A stretch of DNA of 64,000 nucleotides, from contig MCFE01000149.1 of NCBI GenBank assembly GCA_002104905.1, forward strand, positions 89,404-153,403, written 5' to 3'. The notes under the pieces were generated by a model. The model worked only from the letters and a program-made list of their open reading frames with translations. It had not been told where the DNA came from and ran no database searches. Of the stretch, positions 62,628 to 64,000 are shown piece after piece. Position numbers and translations under genes: made by a program. Positions within the stretch are counted from its first letter, which is position 1. Each line of letters opens with the position of its first letter. Source of the DNA: Basidiobolus meristosporus CBS 931.73 (taxonomy: Eukaryota > Fungi > Basidiobolomycota).

Positions 62628-62654
62628 TTAGGGTTTAGGGTTAGGGTTAGGGTT
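62627..62654 (+). repeat. Interstitial telomeric tract (TTTAGGG)2(TTAGGG)2TT
   Basis: Read directly; same strand as the terminal G-rich telomere. Confidence 0.95.
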
Positions 62655-63266
62655 CTAGTGCTTTATTGGGAAATTTGCACAAGAAGTGCAATCTTGAAAT
62701 ATGACAAAGTCATATGAGTATAGCAACTATTATAAAATGAAAACTACTTTGCCAGTAAAAGGGGTGAAGGAAACTGTAAAAGCTATAAAGGAAAAGCTGG
62801 GGACACAAGAAATTTACAGTACCATTCATTGCCCTACACTGCAAGTAAGCTCAAGGAACATAAGGAGAAGCTTTACCAGACTGAACTAAAGAATCTTGCT
62901 TCAGATCACAAAGGAAACAATGAGGACTGCAGAAGCTTTAAAGGAAACCAAGGTTCCCATAGTGATGGCTGACTGGGAAATCTACAGAAGCATTCACTGA
63001 TCCAAAAGAAGGAGGCAAGAGGCTAGAGTAATGTCATCAAAAGAAAATGAACCATAAGCTGAAGTTCAGGCACATGCATCAAGTCCAATCATGCCAAAGA
63101 CAGCTGCAGAAGCTTGAAAGGAAACAGAAAGTCTCCATTGGGGTGACTCCAGGGGAAATCCACAGTCAGCCCTTTACATCACCAGAAGTGGGCAGTGTCC
63201 GAAAGAAAGGAAAGAAAGAGCAAGAGAAAAGGGAAGGAGAGAAGGAAAAAGGAAGGAGAGAAGAAT

Positions 63267-63282
63267 GGGGTGGGTGGGTGGG
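63267..63282 (+). other. G-quadruplex motif GGGGTGGGTGGGTGGG after a 65-nt near-pure purine tract
   Basis: Four G3+ runs with single-T loops; 63201-63265 is almost entirely A/G. Confidence 0.75.
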
Positions 63283-63283
63283 A

Positions 63284-63792
63284 AATCTTATAGGTGAAGG
63301 ATCTTGTTAAAGATCACATCACTAGGTTAGGGGAGATTGTTAGGGAAGGAGCATCAGGTCAGAAGACCCAATCTTATAGGTGAAGGATCTTGTTAAAGAT
63401 CACATCACTAGGTTAGGGGAGATTGTTAGGGAAGGAGCATCAGGTCAGAAGACCCAATCTTATAGGTGAAGGATCTTGTTAAAGATCACATCACTAGGTT
63501 AGGGGAGATTGTTAGGGAAGGAGCATCAGGTCAGAAGACCCAATCTTATAGGTGAAGGATCTTGTTAAAGATCACATCACTAGGTTAGGGGAGATTGTTA
63601 GGGAAGGAGCATCAGGTCAGAAGACCCAATCTTATAGGTGAAGGATCTTGTTAAAGATCACATCACTAGGTTAGGGGAGATTGTTAGGGAAGGAGCATCA
63701 GGTCAGAAGACCCAATCTTATAGGTGAAGGATCTTGTTAAAGATCACATCACTAGGTTAGGGGAGATTGTTAGGGAAGGAGCATCAGGTCAG
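63284..63792 (+). repeat. Telomere-associated tandem array: five full and one truncated (79 bp) identical 86-bp units
   Basis: Units start at 63284, 63370, 63456, 63542, 63628 and 63714; no differences found; each unit has GGTTAGGGG and GTTAGGGA. Confidence 0.97.
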
Positions 63793-64000
63793 GGTTAGGG
63801 TTAGGGTTAGGGTTAGGGTTAGGGTTAGGGTTAGGGTTAGGGTTAGGGTTAGGGTTAGGGTTAGGGTTAGGGTTAGGGTTAGGGTTAGGGTTAGGGTTAG
63901 GGTTAGGGTTAGGGTTAGGGTTAGGTTAGGGTTAGGGTTAGGGTTAGGGTTAGGGTTAGGGTTAGGGTTAGGGTTAGGGTTAGGGTTAGGGTTAGGGTTA
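63791..64000 (+). repeat. Telomere (TTAGGG)n, about 35 repeats
   Basis: Uninterrupted to the window end except one TTAGG at 63921-63925; G-rich strand runs 5'->3' toward the end. Confidence 0.99.

Noticed and set aside
63284-63792. 86-bp array as a CRISPR array
   Set aside because: The units are identical with no unique spacers, there are no cas genes, and the context is a eukaryotic telomere.

Overview
This is the terminal 64 kb of a eukaryotic chromosome, ending in about 35 TTAGGG repeats. Gene content and short GT-AG introns point to a fungus, probably an early-diverging (zygomycete-grade) lineage; that assignment is inference. CpG-depleted transposon blocks (about 1-19.4 kb, 35.8-43.4 kb and 54.2-64 kb) alternate with CpG-normal gene blocks. 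The genes are WTAP/Fl(2)d, steroid 5-alpha-reductase, a multi-KH protein, Sec4/Rab8, choline-phosphate cytidylyltransferase, Ypt7/Rab7, an EF-hand proline dehydrogenase and a UDP-glycosyltransferase. The transposons include three decayed PIF/Harbinger-type copies, a 734-bp fold-back, nested copia solo LTRs, a three-LTR chromoviral gypsy and a full-length but disrupted copia with a Ty5-type PBS. The most interesting part is the last 5 kb. It holds an APE-RT non-LTR retrotransposon with an uninterrupted ORF2, oriented 5' end toward the telomere, and no CpG over 3.8 kb. ORF1 and ORF2 are in frame, separated by a single UGA-CUA, a known readthrough context. ORF1 is cut and capped by an internal telomeric tract. 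Beyond that lie a second module with AATAAA abutting the tract, a G4 motif, six identical 86-bp units (the last truncated) and the present telomere. Together these suggest a retroelement-plus-telomerase chromosome-end building system. No database search was possible, so novelty is unverified.
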